Position numbers and translations under genes: made by a program
Shown here: in pieces, positions 9,511 through 18,757 of the stretch
Numbering within the stretch: position 1 is the stretch's first letter
Layout of the letters: each line of letters opens with the position of its first letter
Notes under the pieces: generated by a model
Database searches by the model: none
The model's input: the letters and a program-made list of their open reading frames with translations, nothing else
What the model was told of the DNA's origin: nothing
Source: Synergistaceae bacterium
GTDB taxonomy: Bacteria; Synergistota; Synergistia; Synergistales; Synergistaceae
Length of the DNA stretch: 64,000 nt
Assembly (NCBI GenBank): GCA_012728165.1
Contig: JAAYFQ010000105.1
Coordinates: 26,120-90,119 of the forward strand
Direction of reading: 5' to 3'

Positions 9511-10671
9511 ATGACGAATCAAAAGACTTGGTCATTTCTTATTGTTGCAGCAGGTTCTGGAAGACGCGTGGGGGGAACTCCTAAGCAATTCCGTTTGCTA
9601 GGTGGATTACCTGTTTGGAAATGGTCTGTTAGCACAGCACATAAATTACTTAATCAAAATAACATAAAAGATATCGTTTTAGTTGTTTCTAAGGAATATT
9701 TTGCTAAAATTAAAGATGATTTGATGTTTTATAAATTACCTGTACATATTGTAATAGGCGGAAAAACACGTTCTGAATCGGTATATAATGGACTAAAGGT
9801 TTGTAGTGGTTCTCATGTTTTAATCCACGATGCAGCTCGCCCTTTCATTACGAAAAAACTATGTTACGATTTAATAGAAGAATGTAAAACACACGAAGCC
9901 GCATTTCCTGTCCTTCAATCAGCTGATTCTATTAAAATAATAGAAAATGGAAAAATAACTTGTGTTAATAGAAAAAAAATCTTTAAAACACAAACACCTC
10001 AAGCATTTGATAAAGTAAAACTTGTTCCCTTGCTTTTAAAAACTGAGTTTCAAAGCACAGACGAAGCAAGTTTGTGGATAGATGCAGGATACGAAATAAC
10101 TACAATTCATGGAGAAGATAACAATTTTAAAATAACGACTCAAAATGATTGGGAAAGAGCTGTTTTAATGACAGAAAGCAAAAATACACTACGTATTGGA
10201 CATGGATATGATGTACACAAACTGGTAGAAGGACGCAAGCTGATTTTGGCTGGAGTTCATGTTAAGGAATCAGCTCTTGGTCTTTTAGGGCATTCAGACG
10301 CCGATGTTGTACTACATGCTGTCATGGACTCATTATTAGGAGCTGCAGGCGAGCCTGATATAGGGACATTGTTTCCCGCATCTGATTTAAAGTGGAAAGA
10401 CGCTGATAGTGGCAAAATGCTTAAATCTGTAATAAGTACGCTTCGCTTAAAGAGATGGAAAATAAATTGGGTTGATATAACGTTAATTGCACAGACTCCA
10501 AGGCTTGCTGATAGGCTAGATGATTTTAAAAAGTCTTTATTTTCTTATCTAAAAGAATCTGATTCGGAAATTAACATAAATATGAAATTAAAGTCCGCAG
10601 AACAATGCGGAAGTGTCGGTAGGTCTGAGTGCATGGTTTGCCATGCAATTGCAAATATATCAAGAACCTAG
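9511..10671 (+). CDS. ispDF: Bifunctional IspD/IspF (2-C-methyl-D-erythritol 4-phosphate cytidylyltransferase / MEcPP synthase)
   Basis: N-terminal IspD motif (AAGSGRRVGG..PKQF) and C-terminal IspF motifs (RIGHGYDVH, GHSDADV..HA..D) in a single uninterrupted ORF. Confidence 0.9.
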   Translation: MTNQKTWSFLIVAAGSGRRVGGTPKQFRLLGGLPVWKWSVSTAHKLLNQNNIKDIVLVVSKEYFAKIKDDLMFYKLPVHIVIGGKTRSESVYNGLKVCSGSHVLIHDAARPFITKKLCYDLIEECKTHEAAFPVLQSADSIKIIENGKITCVNRKKIFKTQTPQAFDKVKLVPLLLKTEFQSTDEASLWIDAGYEITTIHGEDNNFKITTQNDWERAVLMTESKNTLRIGHGYDVHKLVEGRKLILAGVHVKESALGLLGHSDADVVLHAVMDSLLGAAGEPDIGTLFPASDLKWKDADSGKMLKSVISTLRLKRWKINWVDITLIAQTPRLADRLDDFKKSLFSYLKESDSEININMKLKSAEQCGSVGRSECMVCHAIANISRT

Positions 10672-10734
10672 TGCTTCCAATAAGAGGTAAAACGAACTAT
10701 AATACTACAAATATTTGAGATTGGGGAGTTTAAA

Positions 10735-12231
10735 ATGGCAAAAAATAATGAAGCTGACTATTTTAATAGCAAGTTTGTTGAATATCGGGGTTTTACTTTT
10801 GATGATGTCTTATTAGTTCCAGGATATAGCGAAGTAATGCCTTCAAAAGTAGATCTATTAACAAAACTAACGCCGCAAATTAACCTAAATATTCCAATTT
10901 GTAGTGCTGCAATGGATACTGTTACTGATGCCCGTCTTGCAATTGCTCTCGCGCGCGAGGGTGGAATAGGAATTCTTCATAGGAATCTCCCTTTTGAACA
11001 GCAAGCTATTGAAGTAGATAGAGTTAAACGTTCAGAATCTGGAGTTATAGTTGATCCGTTTTTTCGTCATCCAGAGGATGATGTAAGAGAAGCTGTAGCG
11101 TTAATGGAACATTATCATATTTCAGGAGTTCCGATCGTAGATGATACTAAACGTTTGGTTGGTATTATAACAAATCGCGATCTTCGTTTCGTTACAAACC
11201 TTGACCAGCCAATCTCGAATGTAATGACTAAAGATAACCTTATAACAGCTACACTTGGCACATCAATAGAAGATGCAAAAAAAATATTGATGGGGACAAA
11301 AGTTGAGAAGTTGCCCATAATTGATGAAAATGGAATATTAAAAGGTTTAATCACAATAAAAGACATACTTAAAGCAAGAGAATTTCCTACGTCTAGCAAA
11401 GATAGTCATGGACGTCTACGTGTCGGAGCTGCAATAGGAGTTGGTACAGACTCGCTTGATAGGGCCGCAGCTCTTGTTGATGCTGGTGTTGATGTGATAA
11501 TAATTGATACTGCCCATGGACATTCTTCTATGGTTATCGAAATGGTTGCAAAGTTAAACAAGCTTTATCCAGATCTTCCTCTTATAGGCGGTAATATTGC
11601 AACAAAAGAAGCTGCAGAAGCTCTTATGGATGCTGGGGCAGATGGTGTGAAAGTAGGTATCGGACCTGGATCTATTTGCACAACAAGAATTGTGGCAGGG
11701 ATAGGGGTTCCTCAGGTAGCAGCAATAATGAACATTGCTCATGCTGCACATGCACGAGGAAAGACACTTATTGCTGATGGTGGAATTAGATATTCAGGAG
11801 ATATTGTAAAAGCTCTTGCAGCGGGTGCAGATGTCGTAATGATCGGGTCATTGTTTGCTGGTACAGAAGAAAGCCCAGGTGAGGCAGTTATTTATAAGGG
11901 AAGATCCTTCAAGAGTTATAGAGGAATGGGATCACTTGGTGCTATGAAGGGCGGTTGTAGCAAAGACCGTTATTTCCAAGAGGGAACAGTAGAAGACAAG
12001 CTTATTCCTGAAGGAATAGAAGGGATGGTTCCACATAAAGGCCCAATATCAGCTGTCATATATCAGATGGCTGGTGGAATAAGGGTAGGAATGGGATACG
12101 CTGGAGCAGCAAATATTGATGACTTACATAACAATTCAAAATTTGTACAAGTAACTGCGGCATCAATGAAAGAAAGTCATCCTCACGATGTTGTTATAAC
12201 AAAAGAGGCACCGAATTACGGTGTTGAATAG
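10735..12231 (+). CDS. guaB: Inosine-5'-monophosphate dehydrogenase
   Basis: IMPDH barrel with CBS pair and catalytic loop ([19 protein letters not shown]). Confidence 0.95.
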   Translation: MAKNNEADYFNSKFVEYRGFTFDDVLLVPGYSEVMPSKVDLLTKLTPQINLNIPICSAAMDTVTDARLAIALAREGGIGILHRNLPFEQQAIEVDRVKRSESGVIVDPFFRHPEDDVREAVALMEHYHISGVPIVDDTKRLVGIITNRDLRFVTNLDQPISNVMTKDNLITATLGTSIEDAKKILMGTKVEKLPIIDENGILKGLITIKDILKAREFPTSSKDSHGRLRVGAAIGVGTDSLDRAAALVDAGVDVIIIDTAHGHSSMVIEMVAKLNKLYPDLPLIGGNIATKEAAEALMDAGADGVKVGIGPGSICTTRIVAGIGVPQVAAIMNIAHAAHARGKTLIADGGIRYSGDIVKALAAGADVVMIGSLFAGTEESPGEAVIYKGRSFKSYRGMGSLGAMKGGCSKDRYFQEGTVEDKLIPEGIEGMVPHKGPISAVIYQMAGGIRVGMGYAGAANIDDLHNNSKFVQVTAASMKESHPHDVVITKEAPNYGVE

Positions 12232-12241
12232 AGAAATTCTG

Positions 12242-12269
12242 TTGACATATCTGAAAAAAACTGTATAAT
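12242..12269 (+). promoter_or_regulatory. Sigma-70-type promoter for tRNA-Val
   Basis: TTGACA (12242-12247), a 16 nt spacer, then TATAAT (12264-12269), ending 11 nt upstream of the mature tRNA 5' end. Confidence 0.7.
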
Positions 12270-12280
12270 ATTTCCTCGTT

Positions 12281-12355
12281 GGGCGGTTAGTTCAGAGGTA
12301 GAACGCTACCTTGACACGGTAGAAGTCAGAGGTTCAATTCCTCTATCGCCCACCA
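12281..12355 (+). tRNA. tRNA-Val (anticodon GAC), CCA encoded
   Basis: Hand-folded cloverleaf: acceptor GGGCGGT/ATCGCCC, D stem GTTC/GAAC, anticodon stem CTACC/GGTAG with loop TTGACAC, T stem AGAGG/CCTCT with loop TTCAATT, discriminator A, then CCA. Confidence 0.9.
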
Positions 12356-12370
12356 TACTAAATATATAAA

Positions 12371-12402
12371 AGCTCCTACAATCATGATTGTAGGAGCTTT
12401 TT
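12371..12402. terminator. Bidirectional intrinsic terminator (tRNA-Val on +, thiC on -)
   Basis: Perfect inverted repeat AGCTCCTACAATC/GATTGTAGGAGCT. It is followed by TTTT on the + strand and preceded by an A/T-rich run. It sits between convergent transcription units. Confidence 0.75.
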
Positions 12403-12525
12403 GCATAACTGAAGTAATTTTATAATTAACACTAATATAAAAAACAATGATAAACGTGAAGGTAATAGAACTTAGAGTGTAAATTCTCTAATATATTACA
12501 ATGGTTATAGTAACACATTTATTTT

Positions 12526-13827
12526 CTAATCCATTATTTCGACATTTTCGCCACGTAAAATTTTGTTAACATTTCGTACCGCACACATCTTTCCACACAT
12601 AGTGCAAGTATCTTCTGCCTCTGGTGTCGACTCAGCCCTATATCTGCGAGCTTTTTCTGGATCGAGAGCCAAATCGAACTGTTTTTCCCAGTTAAGCTCA
12701 CGACGAGCCTCGCTAATCTTGTAATCCCAATCTTTAGCTCCTTTTATCCCTTTGGCTATATCTGCTGCGTGAGCCGCTATTTTAGCTGCTACAATTCCTT
12801 CACGGACATCTTCTATTGTGGGAAGTCTTAGGTGTTCTGCAGGTGTAACGTAGCATAAGAAAGAAGCGCCATAAGTAGCAGCTATTGCGCCTCCAATTGC
12901 GGACGTTATATGGTCGTAACCGGGAGCAACGTCTGTAACCAGAGGTCCTAAAACATAAAAGGGGGCACCCTTGCATACCGTCTGTTGTATTTCCATATTT
13001 GCACGAATCTCATTAAGTGGCATGTGTCCTGGACCTTCAATTATTACCTGAACGTCTTTTTCCCATGCTCTGCTCGTTAATTCGCCCAAGCTGACAAGTT
13101 CCTCGATTTGTGGAATGTCACCTGAATCTGCAATACATCCAGGACGACAAGCGTCTCCGAGGCTTAAAGTAACGTCGAATTTTTGACAAATTGCAAGTAT
13201 TTCGTCAAAATGTTCATAGAAGGGATTTTCATTTCCTGTGAGCTCCATCCATGCGAAAATTATAGAGCCGCCTCTTGAAACAAGGTTCATGTGCCTTTTT
13301 GCCTTTTTAAATCTCTGAACTGTGTTTCTGTTTATACCGCAATGTATAGTCATAAAGTCCACACCATCTTCTGCGTGCATCTTCACGATATCAAGCCATT
13401 CTTGTGAGGTTATCATTTTTAGTGGCTTATTATAGTAAACAACAGCATCGTAGATTGGCACTGTGCCAATAATAGCTGGACATTCTGTTGTTAATTTACG
13501 CCTGAAAACACGTGTATTACCATATGAGCTTAAATCCATTATTGACTCGACACCCATATCAACAGACTGCATTACTTTTTTCAATTCCACTTTCATATCG
13601 AGGCAATCTCTTGATGTGCCTAAATTAACGTTAATTTTTGTTCTCAATTTTGTACCGATACCGCAAGGCACAAGACATTTATGGTTTTTATTTGCTGGAA
13701 TGACTATTTGTCCTTTTGCTACAAGATCGACGAGCTTATTAATCTCGAAATCTTCATTCGCTGCAACAGTTTTCATTTCCTTAGTAATGATTCCATTTTT
13801 TGCTGCATTCATTTGTGTTGTGTACAT
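12526..13827 (-). CDS. thiC: Phosphomethylpyrimidine synthase
   Basis: Strong ThiC similarity across the full length, including the C-terminal CTMCG..C radical-SAM-type cluster motif. The start was moved to the second in-frame ATG on SD spacing (AAGGATGA). Confidence 0.93.
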   Translation of the reverse strand: MYTTQMNAAKNGIITKEMKTVAANEDFEINKLVDLVAKGQIVIPANKNHKCLVPCGIGTKLRTKINVNLGTSRDCLDMKVELKKVMQSVDMGVESIMDLSSYGNTRVFRRKLTTECPAIIGTVPIYDAVVYYNKPLKMITSQEWLDIVKMHAEDGVDFMTIHCGINRNTVQRFKKAKRHMNLVSRGGSIIFAWMELTGNENPFYEHFDEILAICQKFDVTLSLGDACRPGCIADSGDIPQIEELVSLGELTSRAWEKDVQVIIEGPGHMPLNEIRANMEIQQTVCKGAPFYVLGPLVTDVAPGYDHITSAIGGAIAATYGASFLCYVTPAEHLRLPTIEDVREGIVAAKIAAHAADIAKGIKGAKDWDYKISEARRELNWEKQFDLALDPEKARRYRAESTPEAEDTCTMCGKMCAVRNVNKILRGENVEIMD

Positions 13828-13854
13828 ATAGATCATCCTTTCTTAATAAAACCA

Positions 13855-13986
13855 AAGCCATTTCCCGATATCAGGAAATGGCTTGTAAATTCACAGAGAG
13901 AACTGATTTTCCCTACGTTGGAATTACCCAAATCAGGTTATCAGGGTCGAAGTGAATTACTTCCTCTCAGCCGGCTAGAGCTCCCC
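13855..13986 (-). promoter_or_regulatory. TPP (THI-box) riboswitch with terminator expression platform
   Basis: The - strand reads GGGGAGCUCUAGCCGGCUGAGAGG...CGACCCUGAUAACCUGAUUUGGGUAAUUCCAACGUAGGGAA, with the CUGAGA and ACCUGAU...GGUAAU...CGUAGGGAA cores. It is followed by the hairpin AAGCCAUUUCC-UGAUAUC-GGGAAAUGGCUU plus a U-rich tract, just before the thiC SD. Confidence 0.88.
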
Positions 13987-14108
13987 AAAATAATATAATT
14001 ATTGTAATTGTACTTCAGTTTTAGTTAAATGGTCTTTATAGAGTTTCAAAGAAAAAAGTATTATATTTGTTGCTTCAAACAATCGTTAAAAGATATCAAT
14101 AAATAACC

Positions 14109-15755
14109 TCATTTATTTTCTTCGGAAAAATCTACTGTTGTTTCCCATACTAAATCGCCACTTTTGATAAGTTTATTCATAATCTTATCATTTATATCTC
14201 CATCAATCTCTAGTACTCCGAGAGCAAGTCCTTTATCATCTTTACGTCCAAGTGCGAAGTTCGCGATATTAACTCCAGACTCACCGAGAAGACTTCCTAT
14301 TTTACCTATTACACCTGGCATATCATGGTTTTGAAAAATTAATATTTTTCCGTTGGGGACAAAATCTAGCCAGTAATCATTAACACGTACTATGCGCTGA
14401 CGGCCCTCTTCCGTGATCGTTCCAATAAGAATAACATTTTCTTTTTCTGTTTCTAGTTCTATTTCTATTGTGTTCTTGTATGTGTGTGATTCTCCCGTGC
14501 TTTCAATCACTGTTATATTTCTGTCTTTTGCAAGAATGGGAGCAATCATATAGCTTACTTCCTCACCTAAACTGACTTCAAGGAGTCCTTTTAGAGCGGA
14601 GATGGTATATGGTTTAAACTGTTCGGTATATCCTTCTTCCTTATCAAAAATTATTCCTCTCATTTTGACATGAACGCTTTTTACAGCTCCGCCCTTTACT
14701 TCTGCTAATTTTGCAGCTAAAACTCCTATTTTTCTTGAAAGATTCAAATACATTTTTTGATCAAGCGTAAGAGTTTGCTCCATAAAGGGAAGATTGACAG
14801 CATGGAAGTATGGTTCTCCACGAAGAACGGCAAGCATGTTTTCTACTGCTATTCTCGAAACTTCTGACTGCGCTTCATAGGTGTTGGCGCCGATATGGGG
14901 AGTAATTACCAATCTATCTGAAATGTCTTCAGCAAGAAATGGATGATCTTTGGCAAGAGGTTCTAATGAAAAGACATCAGTGCCAAATCCACCTAAATGA
15001 CCATCTCTAACCGCTTGTGCAACAGCCTTCTCATCTACTATTCCACCTCTGGCGCAATTTATAAGATATGCTCCTGATTTGAATCCTTTAATCATTTTTT
15101 GGTCTATCATATTTTTAGTTTCACTCGTAAGTGGAGTATGTATTGTAATTATATCTGCCATTGATATCGCATCTTCAAGATTAGGCATAAGCTCAACTCT
15201 TAAAGAATCAGCCTTTTTTTGTGTTATATATGGGTCATAAGCAAAAACATCCATACCAAACGCACGACACCTTGTAGCTATGTTACTTCCAATTCTTCCC
15301 AGACCGATTATTAATAGCTTTTTGCCGTTAAGCTGACAGCCAGTAAACTTACTTCTAGTCCATTCACCTCTACGAACAGAAGCGCATGCTTGCGGTATTT
15401 TGCGGACGACGGATAACATACAACCTATTGTAAACTCAACCGCTGCAAGTGTATTTCCACTTGGTGCATTAATAACGATAATTCCCTTTCGGCTTGCTGC
15501 TGGAATATTAATATTATCTACACCCACACCTGCGCGTCCAATTACCTTTAGTACATGCCCTGCATTAATGGTTTCTTCGTCCATTGTCGTTCCGCTTCTC
15601 GTGAGGATCCCATTTATATCAGCTAGCCGAACTTTAAGTTCATTTTCGGTAAGTGATTTTTCTTCAATTAACTCAATATCGGGAGCATCTTTCAGAATGT
15701 TTAGTCCAATTTCTCCGATTGTTTCTGTAACTAATACTTTCCATTTATTTTTCAT
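14109..15755 (-). CDS. serA: D-3-phosphoglycerate dehydrogenase (long form with C-terminal ACT domain)
   Basis: 2-hydroxyacid dehydrogenase NAD fold (GLGRIGS), catalytic R/E/H region (NCARGG..D, TPHIG) and a C-terminal ASB/ACT extension. Confidence 0.9.
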   Translation of the reverse strand: MKNKWKVLVTETIGEIGLNILKDAPDIELIEEKSLTENELKVRLADINGILTRSGTTMDEETINAGHVLKVIGRAGVGVDNINIPAASRKGIIVINAPSGNTLAAVEFTIGCMLSVVRKIPQACASVRRGEWTRSKFTGCQLNGKKLLIIGLGRIGSNIATRCRAFGMDVFAYDPYITQKKADSLRVELMPNLEDAISMADIITIHTPLTSETKNMIDQKMIKGFKSGAYLINCARGGIVDEKAVAQAVRDGHLGGFGTDVFSLEPLAKDHPFLAEDISDRLVITPHIGANTYEAQSEVSRIAVENMLAVLRGEPYFHAVNLPFMEQTLTLDQKMYLNLSRKIGVLAAKLAEVKGGAVKSVHVKMRGIIFDKEEGYTEQFKPYTISALKGLLEVSLGEEVSYMIAPILAKDRNITVIESTGESHTYKNTIEIELETEKENVILIGTITEEGRQRIVRVNDYWLDFVPNGKILIFQNHDMPGVIGKIGSLLGESGVNIANFALGRKDDKGLALGVLEIDGDINDKIMNKLIKSGDLVWETTVDFSEENK

Positions 15756-16908
15756 GATTTATGTACGTCTCCTCATTCCAGGTATTCAATGCTTTAGTAA
15801 TATAGTTAGTATTAGGGTTCGCTCCAAGTTTTATTGCTGATGCATATAATGAGCCCAAGATCATAGAAAGCTCAGGCCACGCACAGTCATTATAATGTGC
15901 GACTCTAATAAGCTTGTCTTTTAGATTTCCCATACCTCCGGCAGTTTCAATTTTCATCGATTTTAAGTTTTTACGTACTGCCTCAGTATTTAGCGTTGTA
16001 GAATAAAACGCAGTTAGGCCTGGAGAGCGGAATTTTTTATTTGATACTAAAAGCTCAAATCCCAATGATTCTAACCCTACAGCCAGTGCTTTTGAATAGC
16101 GTATGCGTGATTTAAACCAATTATCCAGTCCTTGTTCTAAAATGATATCAAGTGCGACATTAAGAGCAAAATAAAGTGATATAGGTGGTGTGAAAGGATT
16201 AGCAGGAAACTCTGAAACCAAGACTTTCCTGTGCAGTTTTAAATCGAAATAGTAACTTGAACATTCTTTTGTATCTATATAAATCCAAGCTTTTTTAGAA
16301 AGCCAGACAAATCCAAGCCCCGGAGGAGTAAGCAATCCTTTTTGTGAAGCTGTTGCAAGACCATCAACACCCCATTCGTCAGGAAAACATTCCATTGTGC
16401 CGACAGAACTAACGCCATCAACAAGTACAAACGGTCTATTCTCATTTGGAAGAGAGCTTACAATTTCCTTAATAGGGTTAACTATCCCTGTTGAGGTCTC
16501 ATTATGTGTAAGGAAAAGAACTTTGCACTCTGGATGTTGCGAAACAAACTTTGAAACAGCTGCTGGCTCTGCAACAGAACCCATTGGTACATCTAAACAT
16601 AACGCTTCTGCACCTGTCTGTTCAGCTATTTTTCTAAAACGATCTCCAAATTCTCCGCAAGAAACAGAAAGAAATTTATCACCTTTTTTAAGAAAATTAA
16701 CAGTTAAACATTCTAATGCGCCTGTGCCTGAAGAGGGAAGTATCACCACGGGACCGTCTGATTTCAGAAGTTTTCCTAATTTTATTTCAATACTGGAAAG
16801 CAACTCAGAAAACTCAGGAGTTCTATGTCCTACAAGTTGCTGTGCTCCTGCAAGAATTACCTCATGAGGAAGTTCAACTGGACCAGGTGTTAATAAATAT
16901 TTACTCAT
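15745..16908 (-). CDS. Class V PLP aminotransferase (serine-glyoxylate / phosphoserine aminotransferase type)
   Basis: LTPGPV N-terminus, THNETSTG, and a PLP lysine context (TASQKGL). It overlaps serA translationally, which suggests it provides the SerC function of the phosphorylated serine pathway. Confidence 0.8.
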   Translation of the reverse strand: MSKYLLTPGPVELPHEVILAGAQQLVGHRTPEFSELLSSIEIKLGKLLKSDGPVVILPSSGTGALECLTVNFLKKGDKFLSVSCGEFGDRFRKIAEQTGAEALCLDVPMGSVAEPAAVSKFVSQHPECKVLFLTHNETSTGIVNPIKEIVSSLPNENRPFVLVDGVSSVGTMECFPDEWGVDGLATASQKGLLTPPGLGFVWLSKKAWIYIDTKECSSYYFDLKLHRKVLVSEFPANPFTPPISLYFALNVALDIILEQGLDNWFKSRIRYSKALAVGLESLGFELLVSNKKFRSPGLTAFYSTTLNTEAVRKNLKSMKIETAGGMGNLKDKLIRVAHYNDCAWPELSMILGSLYASAIKLGANPNTNYITKALNTWNEETYINHEK

Positions 16909-16923
16909 AAATAAAACCTCCTT

Positions 16924-16960
16924 AAAAATAAAAAAGAGACCGGAATTTATTCCGATCTCT
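16924..16960 (-). terminator. Intrinsic terminator inside the 5' leader of the aminotransferase-serA operon (attenuator)
   Basis: The - strand reads AGAGAUCGGAAU-AA-AUUCCGGUCUCU (11-12 bp stem with one G.U pair), followed by UUUUUUAUUUUU. It lies immediately upstream of AAGGAGG and the ATG at 16908. Confidence 0.75.
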
Positions 16961-17144
16961 CAAACCTACGTTAAAACTTAATTGAAACTTATACGGTTTA
17001 TATTTTGAGATCGATACGCTAAATACTCCTACTAATAAGTAGTTTCATAAGACAGGGATAAAAAATATATGATGTGTGTGTAGAGATTGATTTAGTATTA
17101 AGCTAATTTTATATTTTTCTTTAACATTGATTGAATAATTCCTA

Positions 17145-17173
17145 TTTATACTATTTACAAGATTTTATGTCAA
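17145..17173 (-). promoter_or_regulatory. Sigma-70-type promoter driving the serine-operon leader
   Basis: On the - strand: TTGACA (17173-17168), a 17 nt spacer, then TATAAA (17150-17145). This gives a leader of about 210 nt before the terminator at 16924-16960. Confidence 0.65.
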
Positions 17174-17342
17174 GCATTCAAGTGTGTCTTGGGTGAATAT
17201 ACTCAAAGTCCTGCCCTCGAAGCATTATCATACAACCGGACAGTCATTGTTATATGCGTGTTTTAGTATGGTGTTTCTGTCATTTACTATGTATAATCTC
17301 TTTATGTATATTAACTAATCCTGTCTGTTTGGAGAGAAGCTA

Positions 17343-18353
17343 ATGAAAAATAAAATTATAGATAACGTTCTTTTTATATTCTTTGCGACCGTTTATGTTG
17401 TTTATTCTATTTTAATTCCATTATACAAGCCTGACTTATTTACTATAAAAACTGATGTAATAGAATTAACGATACCATATGGCATGTCAGCTAAAAATAT
17501 TGCAGAAAGAATTAAAGACGCTGGAATAGTAAAAGATTCTGACTTGTTAATTAAATGGATGGTTCGTCTAAAAATAGATAGAAAACTACAGCCTGGAAAA
17601 TATAAACTCCACAAAAGTTATGAATTAAGTGTGGCGCATGAGTTACGAAGCGCAAAGCCCGAAATAGAGCAGTTCATGGTAATACCTGGGACCAAGTACG
17701 AAACACTTGTGAAGATTTTCATTCAAAAAAAAGCTGATTTATTTACAAAAGAAATTTTAGATAATAATAATTTTCCTAAAGAAATAAGATTATGGCTACC
17801 TCAAGATGCTCGTGGTCGCGTTGCATTTCTTTTACCGGAAACGTACATTATAAATCCCGGATCGGACCTCGCGAAACAATTTATTAGAAAAGCCTCAAGA
17901 CTTTGGTTTGAACGCATAGGCAGAGATGTTTCTGTTACAATTACCAAAAAGGAACTTAACGAAATTGCTACATTGGCCTCCATAGTTGAAGGAGAAGCCA
18001 AAGTTAGCGAGGAACGACCAATACTTGCAGGGATATTCATGAATAGAATTAGTGAACATATGAAACTGCAATCATGTGCTACAGTCATCTACAGTTGGGA
18101 TATTCAAGGAATAAAGAAAACCAGGTTAACTTATAAAGATTTGGAAATAAATTCACCTTACAACACTTATAAAAACCATGGATTTCCTCCCGGACCGCTA
18201 TGTATTCCATCTATGGAATCGTGGTTAAGTGCACTTAATCCACAAAACACTGAATATCTTTTCTTTTTTGCCACTGCAAATGGAACTCATGTTTTTAGCA
18301 AAACTTATAATGAACATATAGCAAAACAAAATCAAATTCTAAATGTAAAATGA
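17343..18353 (+). CDS. mltG: Endolytic murein transglycosylase MltG (YceG-like)
   Basis: N-terminal TM anchor and YceG motifs (ASIVEGEA, LQSCATV.Y, YNTY...G.PPGP...P). Confidence 0.88.
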   Translation: MKNKIIDNVLFIFFATVYVVYSILIPLYKPDLFTIKTDVIELTIPYGMSAKNIAERIKDAGIVKDSDLLIKWMVRLKIDRKLQPGKYKLHKSYELSVAHELRSAKPEIEQFMVIPGTKYETLVKIFIQKKADLFTKEILDNNNFPKEIRLWLPQDARGRVAFLLPETYIINPGSDLAKQFIRKASRLWFERIGRDVSVTITKKELNEIATLASIVEGEAKVSEERPILAGIFMNRISEHMKLQSCATVIYSWDIQGIKKTRLTYKDLEINSPYNTYKNHGFPPGPLCIPSMESWLSALNPQNTEYLFFFATANGTHVFSKTYNEHIAKQNQILNVK

Positions 18354-18757
18354 TAAAATTTAAAATGTACCATTTTTTCGCGGATATATAACTACTTTAG
18401 GGTATTGTATTTGTTAAAGTATGTTTTCTGTATTATTAAATATTTAATAATACGAACAGATTTGCTTTTTATTATATAAAATTGAGAGAATTTAAGACAA
18501 AAGTTATAAAAAATATTACTAGCATTGAAATTATTGAAATCTCTGTTTCACATAAGGATATCTATTACATAATTTGGTTTTAGATGGATGCGAGAGTTTG
18601 TGATTTGTTAAAACTGATAACACAATATTTAAACGAGCAACAACATTTGCTCCAACATTGCTCCTGGATGATGTTTATTCGATGATAAAAAGATTATAAC
18701 GAGAAAGCGTACAATTAGTTATTGATCGTGTTAAGCATACTTGGAGGGTAATAGATT

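Noticed and set aside
15400-16867. Long antisense ORFs opposite serA and the aminotransferase (146 aa and 156 aa). Similar shadow ORFs occur opposite ribH (3791-4174), tldD (19609-20016), queA (43042-43461), ruvB (44144-44524), dxs (25258-25644) and cdsA (52267-52656).
   Set aside because: Each lies fully inside a well-supported conserved gene on the other strand. They have low-complexity, Ser/Pro/Ile-rich composition, no SD-like sequence and no recognisable domain. These are typical frame-shadow ORFs.
17019-17048. Possible leader peptide MKLLISRSI (two AGT Ser codons) inside the serine-operon leader, which might suggest ribosome-mediated attenuation.
   Set aside because: It has no Shine-Dalgarno sequence upstream and only two Ser codons. 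Its position relative to the antiterminator is not obviously suitable. I kept it only as a remote possibility under the leader finding.
16961-17137. A Ser-specific T-box riboswitch as an explanation for the serine-operon leader.
   Set aside because: No T-box consensus (AGGGUGGNACCGCG-like) precedes the terminator. I could not identify a Stem I specifier loop, K-turn or AG-bulge signature.
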